Assembly: GCA_038874595.1 (NCBI GenBank)
Contig: JAVZCB010000002.1
Location: 135,850-199,849 of the forward strand
DNA length: 64,000 bases
Reading direction: 5' to 3'
From: Candidatus Micrarchaeia archaeon
Lineage (GTDB): Archaea; Micrarchaeota; Micrarchaeia; CAILAH01
Notes under the pieces: generated by a model
The model's database searches: none
What the model saw: only the letters and a program-made list of their open reading frames with translations
Told to the model about the DNA's origin: nothing
Part shown: positions 39,593-48,979 of the stretch, piece by piece
Position numbering within the stretch: position 1 is the stretch's first letter
Layout of the letters: each line of letters starts with the position of its first letter
Made by a program: the position numbers and the translations under genes

Positions 39593-39637
39593 CAAGAGTA
39601 TAAAATATATAACAAGCCCCCAAAGAATAAGCATAAA

Positions 39638-39793
39638 TGCGGCTGCCGGGATTTTCACATGCACCCAGCACGTTATTGTATGGAGTGCCCTGCTTTGAAC
39701 CCGGGTCTTAGCCTTTTTGAGAAGCACCGCATTTTTGGCGCTCAAAAAAGCGGCATGGCAAGGCCATGTCCTACCAGGCTAGACTACAGCCGC
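39638..39793 (-). tRNA. tRNA-Gly(GCC) with two predicted introns (after position 37 and inside the T-loop after position 58)
   Basis: Minus-strand read: acceptor GCGGCUG/CAGCCGC (7 bp) with discriminator A. D-arm GUCU-AGCCUGGUA-GGAC. Anticodon stem UGGCC/GGCUA with loop UUGCCA[41-nt intron]A. T-stem CCGGG/CCCGG with T-loop UUCAA[42-nt intron]AU. Exons sum to 73 nt. Confidence 0.55.
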
Positions 39794-39870
39794 CTGTTAT
39801 TGTATCATTCAAATTGGAAAACTATTTATTAGTTTCCAGGCCAATTTTTTTTATGCGAAGGGGCGGGCAA

Positions 39871-40377
39871 ATGGAGAATAATACAAGTGTACTGATGAAT
39901 AAGCTGGTACAGGAGGGCGCATCGAAGAAGCTGGCCAGTTTTATATGTCGCCTTAACGAGGACCTTTCACTAATAAACCCATCCAAAAAGATAGATTTGG
40001 TTGATCACAAATTATTCATTTTTGAGGAAAATTCCCCGCTTGCAGTTATAGGTTTTTTAGGAAAGATAAATAATACCATCTCTTTTATTTATGACTCGCG
40101 CCATTTTGATGAATATGGCAGCACGGCACGCACAGTATTTTCACAGCTCTTTGCAGAGGATTACGAGAGGCTTCTGCAAAGCGGGGATGACCGGGAAATC
40201 CCAGCCTCATTAATTCACGAGTTTCACTATTTTGTAGCTAAACTTAACAGGTTTGGCAATGTGCTTGAAGTTGAGTTATACTCAAAGGATAGTGAGCTTT
40301 TGGCAATGCTAAGCGATATCCCAAAAGAAGCAGTTCTAGCAGACCGCAATAACACGGCAGATTCAGGTTTGAATTAG
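39871..40377 (+). CDS. hypothetical protein
   Basis: ORF. Start moved downstream of the tRNA to MENNTSVL. No recognised domain. Confidence 0.35.
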   Translation: MENNTSVLMNKLVQEGASKKLASFICRLNEDLSLINPSKKIDLVDHKLFIFEENSPLAVIGFLGKINNTISFIYDSRHFDEYGSTARTVFSQLFAEDYERLLQSGDDREIPASLIHEFHYFVAKLNRFGNVLEVELYSKDSELLAMLSDIPKEAVLADRNNTADSGLN

Positions 40378-40393
40378 CAGCCAGAACAAAACA

Positions 40394-42433
40394 TTATTTT
40401 TTATGCGTGTCCCTCCCTTCTTGCTGTGATAATAATGGGCATTTTGGGTTTGCACACCTTACAACCACACGCTTGTTGATTATATACTTAATTACAGGGG
40501 CGCCACACTCTTCGCATTTCTTGACAAAGCTTACCTTGTGCACACCAAAAGGTATGGGATAAGCAACCTTACAGTTAGGCCACCCCGTGCATCCTATAAA
40601 TATTCTCTTATCCTTGGTTGTTTTAATGGTAATCTCTTTTCCGCATTGTTCGCATTTCATAAGGAATCCCTTACTCCTCTCGCTTTGCCTGAGCGCCGAA
40701 AGAAGCTCTTTTCCTATACTGTACTCGTTTTTCTTGAATTCATCAATTATTTTACTGAGGACATCTCTCGCCTCGGCAAGCACCTTTTCCTCTTTTTCCT
40801 TTCCTTCTTGGATTTTTTCAACCTTATCTTCAAACTGCTCTGTGAGATGCTCATCCAGGATTTCAGGGGAGTATTTCATCAGCGCATCATGCACAGCCAT
40901 CCCCAAGCTTGTCACCCGCATGCTTTTTTCTCTGACATAATCCCTTTTGAATAACGTATCAATTATAGTCGCCCGTGTTGCTTTCGTGCCTAGGTTTTTC
41001 TTTTCAAGCACTTTAACAAGAGAAGTCGCAGTATATCTTGCAGGCGGCTTTGTCTCCTTTCTATCCTTTGTTATTTTGTCCGCTACGAATTTCTGGCCTT
41101 TGTTAAGCTCTGGCAACCTCTCTTCATCAGCTGTATAATACTTGCCGTAAAGCCCAATCCAGCCGGGCTTCTTAATAACAATCCCCTGCCCCTTGTACCT
41201 CTCGTTGCCCATTTTAAGCCGCACAGTGGTGCTTTCCTTTACAGCCCATTCACCAAAACACGCAATGAACCTTCTTGCAATGAGGTCATAAAGCTTTTTC
41301 TCCTGCTCGCTCATCTTTCCATATATCCCAGTTGGGTGTATTGCAGGGTGTGCCGCATCGCTCTTTTCACCTTCATGTGGTTTTAACATGCCTTCCTCCA
41401 AAAGGAATTGCGCATCCTTGCGATACTCATCTATTTTTGACATCTTTTCAAGGATTCCCTTCAGATTGAGTGAGAGAGGAAGCTTTTGCGAGCTCGTTCG
41501 CGGGTAACTAATGTAGGAGTTTTCATAAAGGTTTTGTGAATATTGTAAAACCTCCTTTGGAGACATTTTATATGCACGGTATGCCTCAACCTGCAGTGAC
41601 GTCAAGTCAAACGGTGCAGGAGGTGCAACCTTAAACATCTTTTTAGTTACTTCTTCAACAATCCCTTCCTTGCTTGTGGCACTAAGCACAGCATCTGCTT
41701 CCTTCTCATCCCAGAATTTTTCTTTTTCATGCAAATACTTTATCTTATCTTTCTCAACAGCAACTTCCCAATACGGAACAGGTTTAAATCCGGCTATTTC
41801 TCTTTCCCTTTTCACAAGGATATCAAGAGTAGGCCCCTGTACGCGCCCGATACTTAGCACTTTATATGCGCCAGCTTTTCTGATGGCATCCATAAGTAGC
41901 CTGCTTAGATTAATTCCCCAATACCAATCAAGGAAATGCCTGGCCTCGCCCGCATATGCGTTATTATAATCAAGTTCACCCATGTTTTCGTATGCACTCA
42001 CTATATCCTCTTTTGTAAGTGCAGAAAATTTCATTCTCTTCCCAGATGTGCGCTTTGCAGAAAACCTGATCGCATTGAATCCGATAAGCGACCCCTCGAC
42101 ATCATAATCGCACGCGGATACAATGACATCTGCTTTTTTGGCAACTTTCTCTATGGTAGTTATATAATCCTTGGTGTGTGCAGATGCCTTTGACGCCTCA
42201 TATGCTGGTACCCACCCAATATCAAATTCCGGAACACGCCTATTGCCCCCTTTTTCTTTAAGTGAAAACAAGTGCCCCACAGCGCTAACAACGTAAATCT
42301 TCTTTCCGTCCCTTTCAAGCTCATAATAAGGAATTTTATGCTCGCTCTTCTTTCTCGCCTTATCATCAAGAAAACGCGCAATCTTCTCCGCTACCTTAGG
42401 CTTTTCTGCAATTATTACGAGTGTTTCCGCCAT
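40394..42433 (-). CDS. topA: DNA topoisomerase I (type IA) with C-terminal zinc ribbons
   Basis: Toprim N-terminus VIIAEKPKVAEKIA, topo-IA core, and three C-terminal C4 ribbons. Confidence 0.9.
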   Translation of the reverse strand: MAETLVIIAEKPKVAEKIARFLDDKARKKSEHKIPYYELERDGKKIYVVSAVGHLFSLKEKGGNRRVPEFDIGWVPAYEASKASAHTKDYITTIEKVAKKADVIVSACDYDVEGSLIGFNAIRFSAKRTSGKRMKFSALTKEDIVSAYENMGELDYNNAYAGEARHFLDWYWGINLSRLLMDAIRKAGAYKVLSIGRVQGPTLDILVKREREIAGFKPVPYWEVAVEKDKIKYLHEKEKFWDEKEADAVLSATSKEGIVEEVTKKMFKVAPPAPFDLTSLQVEAYRAYKMSPKEVLQYSQNLYENSYISYPRTSSQKLPLSLNLKGILEKMSKIDEYRKDAQFLLEEGMLKPHEGEKSDAAHPAIHPTGIYGKMSEQEKKLYDLIARRFIACFGEWAVKESTTVRLKMGNERYKGQGIVIKKPGWIGLYGKYYTADEERLPELNKGQKFVADKITKDRKETKPPARYTATSLVKVLEKKNLGTKATRATIIDTLFKRDYVREKSMRVTSLGMAVHDALMKYSPEILDEHLTEQFEDKVEKIQEGKEKEEKVLAEARDVLSKIIDEFKKNEYSIGKELLSALRQSERSKGFLMKCEQCGKEITIKTTKDKRIFIGCTGWPNCKVAYPIPFGVHKVSFVKKCEECGAPVIKYIINKRVVVRCANPKCPLLSQQEGRDTHKK

Positions 42434-42493
42434 CTGCTTTTATTCCATGCGCAAACTATATAATTATATTATTTAACCCCTCTCAATTTTCCC

Positions 42494-42817
42494 ATGTTTC
42501 CAACAGACCCAAGACAAATGCAGCAGATGCTCAGGCAAATGGGCATAAAAAGCAGGATGATTGAAGCAAAGAGAGTAATAATAGAATGTGATGGCTCGAA
42601 CATTATAATTGATAACCCACAGGTAATGGAGATGGATATCAAAGGAGAGAAGAATTACAGTATAAGCGGGCGCGTGCACAGCGACCTGCAATTAAGTGAG
42701 GAGGATATAAAGCTTGTGATGGACGGTGCCAACGTATCCCGTGAGGAAGCTATAAAGGCATTAGAAAAAGAGGGAGATGTTGCGTCTGCCATAATTTCAT
42801 TGAAGGGCGATAAATAA
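42494..42817 (+). CDS. nac: nascent polypeptide-associated complex alpha subunit
   Basis: NAC domain (KRVIIECDGSNIIIDNPQVMEM) plus C-terminal UBA-like EEDIKLVMDGANVSREEAIKALEKEGD. Confidence 0.85.
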   Translation: MFPTDPRQMQQMLRQMGIKSRMIEAKRVIIECDGSNIIIDNPQVMEMDIKGEKNYSISGRVHSDLQLSEEDIKLVMDGANVSREEAIKALEKEGDVASAIISLKGDK

Positions 42818-42826
42818 AGGAAATGG

Positions 42827-43606
42827 ATGGTGTTATGGATGTCATCTATCAATGAGATAGGCAAAGTTAGGGTTTCACCGATGAACAGCCTGCTGCTGCG
42901 CGGGAAATCTCCTTTTCAGGAAGCATTTGAAAAGGGGAACATTAAGTGTATCGTTGAAGAGCTTAAGCAGCTGCCAGGCACGCCTGCCAACAAGTTTAAC
43001 ATGCTATTGGTGTTAAGCACTTCAACAGGCAAATACGAGCTTGCAAAAAAGGTAGGTGTAGCGGCGTATGATATTCTTTCTAAAAAAGACATAGCAAGGC
43101 TATTATCATACCAGAACGGGCCATCTGAGAAGATAGCGTTGTTTGTTGAAATAATGCGCACACGATACGGTACCCTAGGACCTTCACAGCAAACATATCT
43201 TTTCAATGCGCTCAAACAGTATTACAACCAATATAAGATATCAGGGAACAGCCTTCCAAAGGAGTGGCTTTCCTTATGTATAGAAGATATATACAAGTAT
43301 AGCAAGTTTAGCGCAATCCATATGTATCTTAAGATGTATTCAACAAAGGCCCCATCTATATATGAGCGCAACGTGGCATCTTTTATTGCAGAGCTCATCA
43401 GGAAAAACACAAAGTTGCTCAGTACACTTGCCCACGGCTCATATTGCAGGGTAAATGTTCAGTATGAAGCGCTGCATGCCCTTAATTTGGTATCACCTGA
43501 GCAGGCGCGTATGTTTGCGCACGTGCTTCTCGAAAGGCAGTTCAGGAATAATGTGTTTTATGATATGCGCGTAATCGAGCTTGCAAAAGCCGTTTTAGGG
43601 GAATAA
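42827..43606 (+). CDS. hypothetical alpha-helical protein
   Basis: ORF only. Confidence 0.35.
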   Translation: MVLWMSSINEIGKVRVSPMNSLLLRGKSPFQEAFEKGNIKCIVEELKQLPGTPANKFNMLLVLSTSTGKYELAKKVGVAAYDILSKKDIARLLSYQNGPSEKIALFVEIMRTRYGTLGPSQQTYLFNALKQYYNQYKISGNSLPKEWLSLCIEDIYKYSKFSAIHMYLKMYSTKAPSIYERNVASFIAELIRKNTKLLSTLAHGSYCRVNVQYEALHALNLVSPEQARMFAHVLLERQFRNNVFYDMRVIELAKAVLGE

Positions 43607-43616
43607 GCACATCAAA

Positions 43617-44939
43617 CTAAAAATTTGTCACTGCACTGCGCCCTCTCAATTCACCAGCATAATCAGTATACATCATTTCTATAACTTTCTTTCTTTCTTT
43701 TGTTTGCCCAAGCACCCAGCTAAGCTTGACAAAAGCAGTCTCTGGAAGCCAATCGCAGTTGTGCCCAATCACACCAGTTTCCTTAAGCATCCTTCCAGCA
43801 GTATATACATTAAGGTTCAGCCTTCCATATATTGTCTGTGGTGCAATTACAACATATATTCCTGACTTTGTGAGTTCACCAATCTCTTTTATTATGGGCG
43901 TTGCAAGCGCGTCACCGAACGGGTTTGATGGGACGTGCCCAAGCCCAGTAGCTGCTAGGACCACCCCTTCATAATCAGACAATTTTGAAATGAAGCTTGG
44001 CTTTATTCCAGGATGTATATAAACCAGTGCGACGTTCTCGCTGAATTTATTGATAAGTTCCATATCACCGCCAGCTGGCACGTTAGTGCACTCACCTATG
44101 TATTCTATTTTCTTTTTTGAATAGTCAACTTCTGCTACAGGTGTTGCGTTAATGCTCCTGAATGCATCGCGCCTTGAAGTGTGCATCTTTCTAACACGGG
44201 TACCAAGGTGTATATGTGCTGCACCATCTGATGTTGTTGCGTGCATTGCAACATAAACACCAGGCCTGCCTGTGCTGGCATAAAAGGCTGCATTGAGAAC
44301 ATTTTCCTTTGCATCAGAGGACCCCCTGTCAGAGCTTCTTTGCGCCCCTGTTAGCACAACCGGCCTTTGTGGGTTGCGAATCATAAACGATACTGCGGCA
44401 GCACTATACCCAAGCGTGTCAGTGCCGTGAGTTACAACCACGGCTTTGCCTTTTTTTAGTTCCTTAAACACCTCTTCACCAATTATTTTCCAGTGCCGGG
44501 TGTTCATGTCTTCTGAAAGTATTGACATCACATTCTTAAAGCGCGCCCCGCCAAACGTGTTCATTTCAGGGAAGGATTCTCTAAATTCCTCTGGCGTTGC
44601 AGCAGGAAACACTGCACCGGTAGAGTATTCAACCCGTGATGATACCGTGCCCCCAAACATCAGCACCGCAATATCATATTCTTTGTTATCTTCAGTTTTA
44701 CCAGCACCATGCCGTTTTTCTTTTAAGGCACCTTTCTTTTTTATGAGCTTTAATGTATCATTGAACACCACACCTAGGTTATACCCATTGTCAAGCTTAA
44801 GCTCAATAATATCTGTATTCTCAGAATAATTCTCTAAAAGAATTCCCTCCCTTTCGGCCCCGCCAAATTCTATGGAGACTCTATCTCCAATATCTATATT
44901 CCTTTTCCATAACTGTTCACGAACTTTCCTGCTGTACAT
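43617..44939 (-). CDS. gatD: Glu-tRNA(Gln) amidotransferase subunit D
   Basis: GatD-type N-terminal domain followed by an L-asparaginase-family domain (FGGTVSS, VVVTHGTDTLGYSAAAVSF, VVLTGAQRS). Confidence 0.75.
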   Translation of the reverse strand: MYSRKVREQLWKRNIDIGDRVSIEFGGAEREGILLENYSENTDIIELKLDNGYNLGVVFNDTLKLIKKKGALKEKRHGAGKTEDNKEYDIAVLMFGGTVSSRVEYSTGAVFPAATPEEFRESFPEMNTFGGARFKNVMSILSEDMNTRHWKIIGEEVFKELKKGKAVVVTHGTDTLGYSAAAVSFMIRNPQRPVVLTGAQRSSDRGSSDAKENVLNAAFYASTGRPGVYVAMHATTSDGAAHIHLGTRVRKMHTSRRDAFRSINATPVAEVDYSKKKIEYIGECTNVPAGGDMELINKFSENVALVYIHPGIKPSFISKLSDYEGVVLAATGLGHVPSNPFGDALATPIIKEIGELTKSGIYVVIAPQTIYGRLNLNVYTAGRMLKETGVIGHNCDWLPETAFVKLSWVLGQTKERKKVIEMMYTDYAGELRGRSAVTNF

Positions 44940-44943
44940 CGAT

Positions 44944-45900
44944 TCACCTGTATCCCTCAACAGAAACGTCAGGAAGTTTCTCATTTCTCTTACAGAACCC
45001 CTTCAAAAAATTATATGCGAGCTCGCCAAGGTCCTCAACCCAGTACCCTCCTTCAAGAACACCAAAGATAGGCACATCTAGCTCTTTTGCGCATGCATCA
45101 AGAAGCCTTCCTATCTTCATATATGTCCTTGGCTCTTTTATTTTTGTTACTGTACCAAAGAACAGGTCTTTGTAATAAGTATTAAATCCAATGCCAACAG
45201 CAATAATATCCGGTTTTACTTCATCAACAACCTTAGGTATAACTTTGTATAGCTTATCCAAGTATTCCTTATCTGTAATCCAGAGCCGGTTTTCGTAACA
45301 GCGCACCCGCGAAGTGCTTTCTTTCTCTTTTCCGGTATAAGGATATACTGAATCAGCGTGCTGATGAACTGACAGAAGCCATACCCTCTCATCATCTACA
45401 AATATATTGTTGGTACCATTACAAAAATGCGCATCGAGATTGATTATAAGAGGATTCCTTGATTTTCCAGCAGCAAGAAGTTTTGCAATTGCAACCGCCA
45501 CATTGTTTATATAAGAGTACCCGCCAAAGAAATCCCTCCCTGCATGGCCTCCTTTTGGCCGTGTAACCGCAAATGCAAAACGTTTTTTGCTAATTGCATA
45601 CTCTGCCGCGCAGCACGCCGCACCAGCGGCAAGAGAGGCAATCCTATAAGTATTCTTATCAACCGGCTCGTCAGGAAAGTACGTGTTGATTCTCTTGTAA
45701 TTTTTAATTTCATCAAGATACTTTGCAGAGTGCACTCTCTCAAGATCTTTTCTTGATGCGGGCTTTGGCTTGGCAACAGTATATTCCAAATCAGATGTCC
45801 TAATGTAATCCATTATTGCAGCGAGCCTTTCTGGCGTATCTGGAAATTTACCACTAAACTTCATAAATTCCTTTGAATAGTATATGCTGATTTTAGTCAT
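44944..45900 (-). CDS. histone-deacetylase/acetoin-utilisation family (arginase-deacetylase fold) protein with non-canonical active-site residues
   Basis: HDAC-like RPKGGHAGRDFFGGYSYINNVAVAIA and NLDAHFCNGTN in place of the canonical D.HHGDG. Confidence 0.55.
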   Translation of the reverse strand: MTKISIYYSKEFMKFSGKFPDTPERLAAIMDYIRTSDLEYTVAKPKPASRKDLERVHSAKYLDEIKNYKRINTYFPDEPVDKNTYRIASLAAGAACCAAEYAISKKRFAFAVTRPKGGHAGRDFFGGYSYINNVAVAIAKLLAAGKSRNPLIINLDAHFCNGTNNIFVDDERVWLLSVHQHADSVYPYTGKEKESTSRVRCYENRLWITDKEYLDKLYKVIPKVVDEVKPDIIAVGIGFNTYYKDLFFGTVTKIKEPRTYMKIGRLLDACAKELDVPIFGVLEGGYWVEDLGELAYNFLKGFCKRNEKLPDVSVEGYR

Positions 45901-47363
45901 TTACATAACCTCAAAAAGTCTATTGAAAACCCAAGCAGCGAGTTGAGGTATCTTATTATGCCACACAGCACCCCGTCACTACCACCAACCTTTTCCCCCA
46001 TTGTTGTATTTATTGGGATGTCTGGAAGCACATTCTTGCCTTTATCTTCCTCAACGATTTCATTGTTTAGCACGGCCTCTGCAACCATCATTTTCACAGA
46101 TGCATCAATCTCATCCATGCGTTTTGTTAGCTCAGTTATCTCTGACTTGTTAACTTTTCTGCCCAAGACCTCTTTTATCTCGTTTGAATAATTTGTAAGA
46201 TTCTTGTCATACTTTGTGCCATTAAGTTTCTTTCTTGCATTTACAATAGCATCCAAATCAGCCTTTGCCTTGGATTTCATAAGCTCATACTGTGCATTTG
46301 TCATCTGCACTTCGGCTTTTAGGTTTGTTAGTATACTTTTGTATTGGCCAGCCAGCTTTATAGCCAATTTATACTTACCATCATTTTTCAGTTGACTTAT
46401 CTCCGTAGTATAATTTTCAGCAGATTTAATTGAGGCCTCAGTTGCATTATCCTTCCAATCGGCCTTTGAATACATAGATTTTATGCTGTTGTAAAGGTCA
46501 TATACCGCCCCATACTCTTCTAAGTATGTTTTTTCTCGTGTTTCCAGGTATTTAATCCTGGTATCCGTCTGCACCTTTATTTTTGCAGCCCTTTCCCTGG
46601 CTTGAGGTACCGTGGCAAGCGTTGTAACAATATCTTCACAGAGGCCCTTCGCCTCATTTGCATTATCATAGGTCGGATGCATCTCTTCACAGTACGGGTA
46701 ATCATAGAGCTTGTTATCATCCATTATTTTCATTGTATCGCTCATATTTTGTATGAGCCTGCAAAGCTCCCTGTAATCTTCCTCAGTCTTGGGGTTTTTT
46801 GCCTTTTCTGAAGCAGCAAGTATTGAATTATCAACCGCCTTTCTTTGGATGTTCCAGCTCATTATTGAGTATATCAAATCATCCCTTATCTGCATTGCAC
46901 ACAGAGGTACACGGTAGCACGCCTTAATGCACGATTCCTTATCATAGCATGGCATCGCATCCACACCAGTGATCCTTTCACACACCACCCTCTCCGGATA
47001 TTCACTTTCGTTAAAAGCCCGTATGAGCTCCCGTATCCTTGCTGTTTTCTCATCAACACCAGATGTTTCCCAGATGTTCTGGACAAGCACGGCGGCAATG
47101 CTGTCCGTGTCCATCATTACCTTTGAATCGTCACCAATCATCATCATCTCAACGCCATCCACAGTTATTATCCAGTAATCTTTTCCCCACGCAGAGAGCT
47201 TGTTTAATTCGTACTTCTCCTGCGGCTCGATATATTCCCCAGCGACTTGTGCCGGGGAGGCCGCAAAACCAACTGCAAAAACCATAACTGCAATTATCGC
47301 GGTTATAAGGGAGATGCGCAAGGCCCCTGCGTTTAAGAATGTATACATGTTACTATTTTGCAA
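45897..47363 (-). CDS. membrane-anchored extracellular coiled-coil protein, unknown function
   Basis: N-terminal TM, a Cys cluster CYDKESCIKACYRVPLC, and a long helical region. 4-nt overlap with the downstream HDAC-like gene. Confidence 0.45.
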   Translation of the reverse strand: MQNSNMYTFLNAGALRISLITAIIAVMVFAVGFAASPAQVAGEYIEPQEKYELNKLSAWGKDYWIITVDGVEMMMIGDDSKVMMDTDSIAAVLVQNIWETSGVDEKTARIRELIRAFNESEYPERVVCERITGVDAMPCYDKESCIKACYRVPLCAMQIRDDLIYSIMSWNIQRKAVDNSILAASEKAKNPKTEEDYRELCRLIQNMSDTMKIMDDNKLYDYPYCEEMHPTYDNANEAKGLCEDIVTTLATVPQARERAAKIKVQTDTRIKYLETREKTYLEEYGAVYDLYNSIKSMYSKADWKDNATEASIKSAENYTTEISQLKNDGKYKLAIKLAGQYKSILTNLKAEVQMTNAQYELMKSKAKADLDAIVNARKKLNGTKYDKNLTNYSNEIKEVLGRKVNKSEITELTKRMDEIDASVKMMVAEAVLNNEIVEEDKGKNVLPDIPINTTMGEKVGGSDGVLCGIIRYLNSLLGFSIDFLRLCK

Positions 47364-47372
47364 CAGAGGTTT

Positions 47373-47978
47373 TTAACACTTAATAATAGGTCCCCCAACT
47401 ATCCTACCAAGGGCTTTCATAATTGACTCGTGTACTTTCTCTTTCTCTTCCGCTCCGTTTATGAGGTGTACCTTTTTTGAAAAAAACCCCTCTTTATACA
47501 TTTGTAGGTAGTTACTGCGCACCTTACTCAAAAAATATGTGCGCTCAAACACTTCTCTTCCACCGCGTAGCCGCCCTATGCACAGCGCCGGGTCAGCATC
47601 CAAAACAAGCACAATGTCCGGTTTGACAAGCCCAAAGCCCTCAATGATTTTTTTGCCGTTATCATAATTGAATCCCTGGGCGCACTGATACGCAAGCGTT
47701 GAGTGAGCATACCTGTCAACAACTAGGTGTCTTTCACTGTCTCCCTTGAACTTCTCAAACAGTTGCACATCTTTCAGCATATCCATCAAGAACATAGGGA
47801 ATAGTGATTCGCCGCTCAGCTCAAACCCCGCCTTCCCTTTGAGTATATTGTTAAATAACTCCCCATAAATCCCTTCCCTGTCCGGATATTTTTTCTTTTC
47901 GCATCTTATTTTTCTGGAGAGCATCTCGATTTGAGTTCCTTTTCCAACCCCATCTATCCCCTCAAAGCAGATTATCAT
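47373..47978 (-). CDS. tmk: thymidylate kinase
   Basis: P-loop ICFEGIDGVGKGTQ and dTMP-kinase length (201 aa). Confidence 0.8.
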   Translation of the reverse strand: MIICFEGIDGVGKGTQIEMLSRKIRCEKKKYPDREGIYGELFNNILKGKAGFELSGESLFPMFLMDMLKDVQLFEKFKGDSERHLVVDRYAHSTLAYQCAQGFNYDNGKKIIEGFGLVKPDIVLVLDADPALCIGRLRGGREVFERTYFLSKVRSNYLQMYKEGFFSKKVHLINGAEEKEKVHESIMKALGRIVGGPIIKC

Positions 47979-48055
47979 ATTTCCAATCTCGCAGCGTAAT
48001 CTTAAAAACAGGCATGCACAGAAAAACTTTTATTATCAATAAATAAAATTAATGT

Positions 48056-48628
48056 ATGGTTGATGCAAAGCAGTGCCCTCGTCATATGCTTGGCAAAAGC
48101 GCTTGCAGGACAGGTTTCGGCAAAGAGAGCTTTGGGCAGCCGCTTTCTGAAGAATCATATGCCTGGCTAAAACAGGCAGCTGCAGGGGAGAACATATGCA
48201 GGCGCCACGCGTTTTCTGAACTTAGCGACAAAAACTGCCCGGATGAGCGAGCACGGCAGTTTGCACTTGATGCTCTCATCACAGAGAAAGAGAAGGATTT
48301 AAGGATGCTCTTAATAATGTATCTCGCTTCCCAGCGTGATGTAAGGGTTATCCAGCACGTAATAAAAGACATTGAAGATGCGGCAAAGGAAATCTACTTA
48401 AACAAAAACGCCTTGAAGACGGGCGGTTATTATATAAACCACCTTCTTTTTGTGGTTAGGAAATTTATAGAGAAAGATTGTTCTGCGGTGCACGCCCTCG
48501 GGGTGTTGTATAAATCAGTTGCTGATGAAGAAGAGGTGGCCTTGAATGAGCAGATAAGGAAATTATTCCTTGATTTGTATGAGAAATACCATAAAACGCT
48601 CCCGCCAAGGATTAATGTCTATAAATAA
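48056..48628 (+). CDS. hypothetical protein
   Basis: ORF only, helical. Confidence 0.35.
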   Translation: MVDAKQCPRHMLGKSACRTGFGKESFGQPLSEESYAWLKQAAAGENICRRHAFSELSDKNCPDERARQFALDALITEKEKDLRMLLIMYLASQRDVRVIQHVIKDIEDAAKEIYLNKNALKTGGYYINHLLFVVRKFIEKDCSAVHALGVLYKSVADEEEVALNEQIRKLFLDLYEKYHKTLPPRINVYK

Positions 48629-48731
48629 TGTGCATAACTCTTAATCCTTTTGAGCATCATAAGGGCGTTGACACAATGGGCTATCCCACTAGAAAGCCCA
48701 TAATATAGCTTGGGCATCATGGAAACAAAGA

Positions 48732-48885
48732 TGGACCCGCCCAGATTTTCAAGAAGGAACAACCGCAACTCGCGCGTGTTCGCGAAGCGAACTACCTGGG
48801 AGCGCGAGGGGCGGATGCGCCATCGCATTGAACTGGGGATCTTTCCCGTGTCAGGGGAACGTCTTAACCACTCGACTACGGGTCC
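48732..48885 (-). tRNA. tRNA-Val(GAC) with a predicted 81-nt intron inside the T-loop
   Basis: Minus-strand read: acceptor GGACCCG/CGGGUCC with discriminator A. D-arm GUCG-AGUGGUUA-AGAC. Anticodon stem UUCCC/GGGAA with loop CUGACAC. Variable loop AGAUC. T-stem CCCAG/CUGGG with T-loop UUCAA[intron]AU. The intron 3' end CUUGAAA can pair with exon UUCAAG. Exons sum to 73 nt. Confidence 0.6.
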
Positions 48886-48979
48886 ACGCATAAAATTTAG
48901 TGTGCCACCTTTAATAAAACTTGTGTGTTCCATTCTAAAAATAGCAAAGTTTTTAAGGTATATTTTTTTCTAAAACAGT

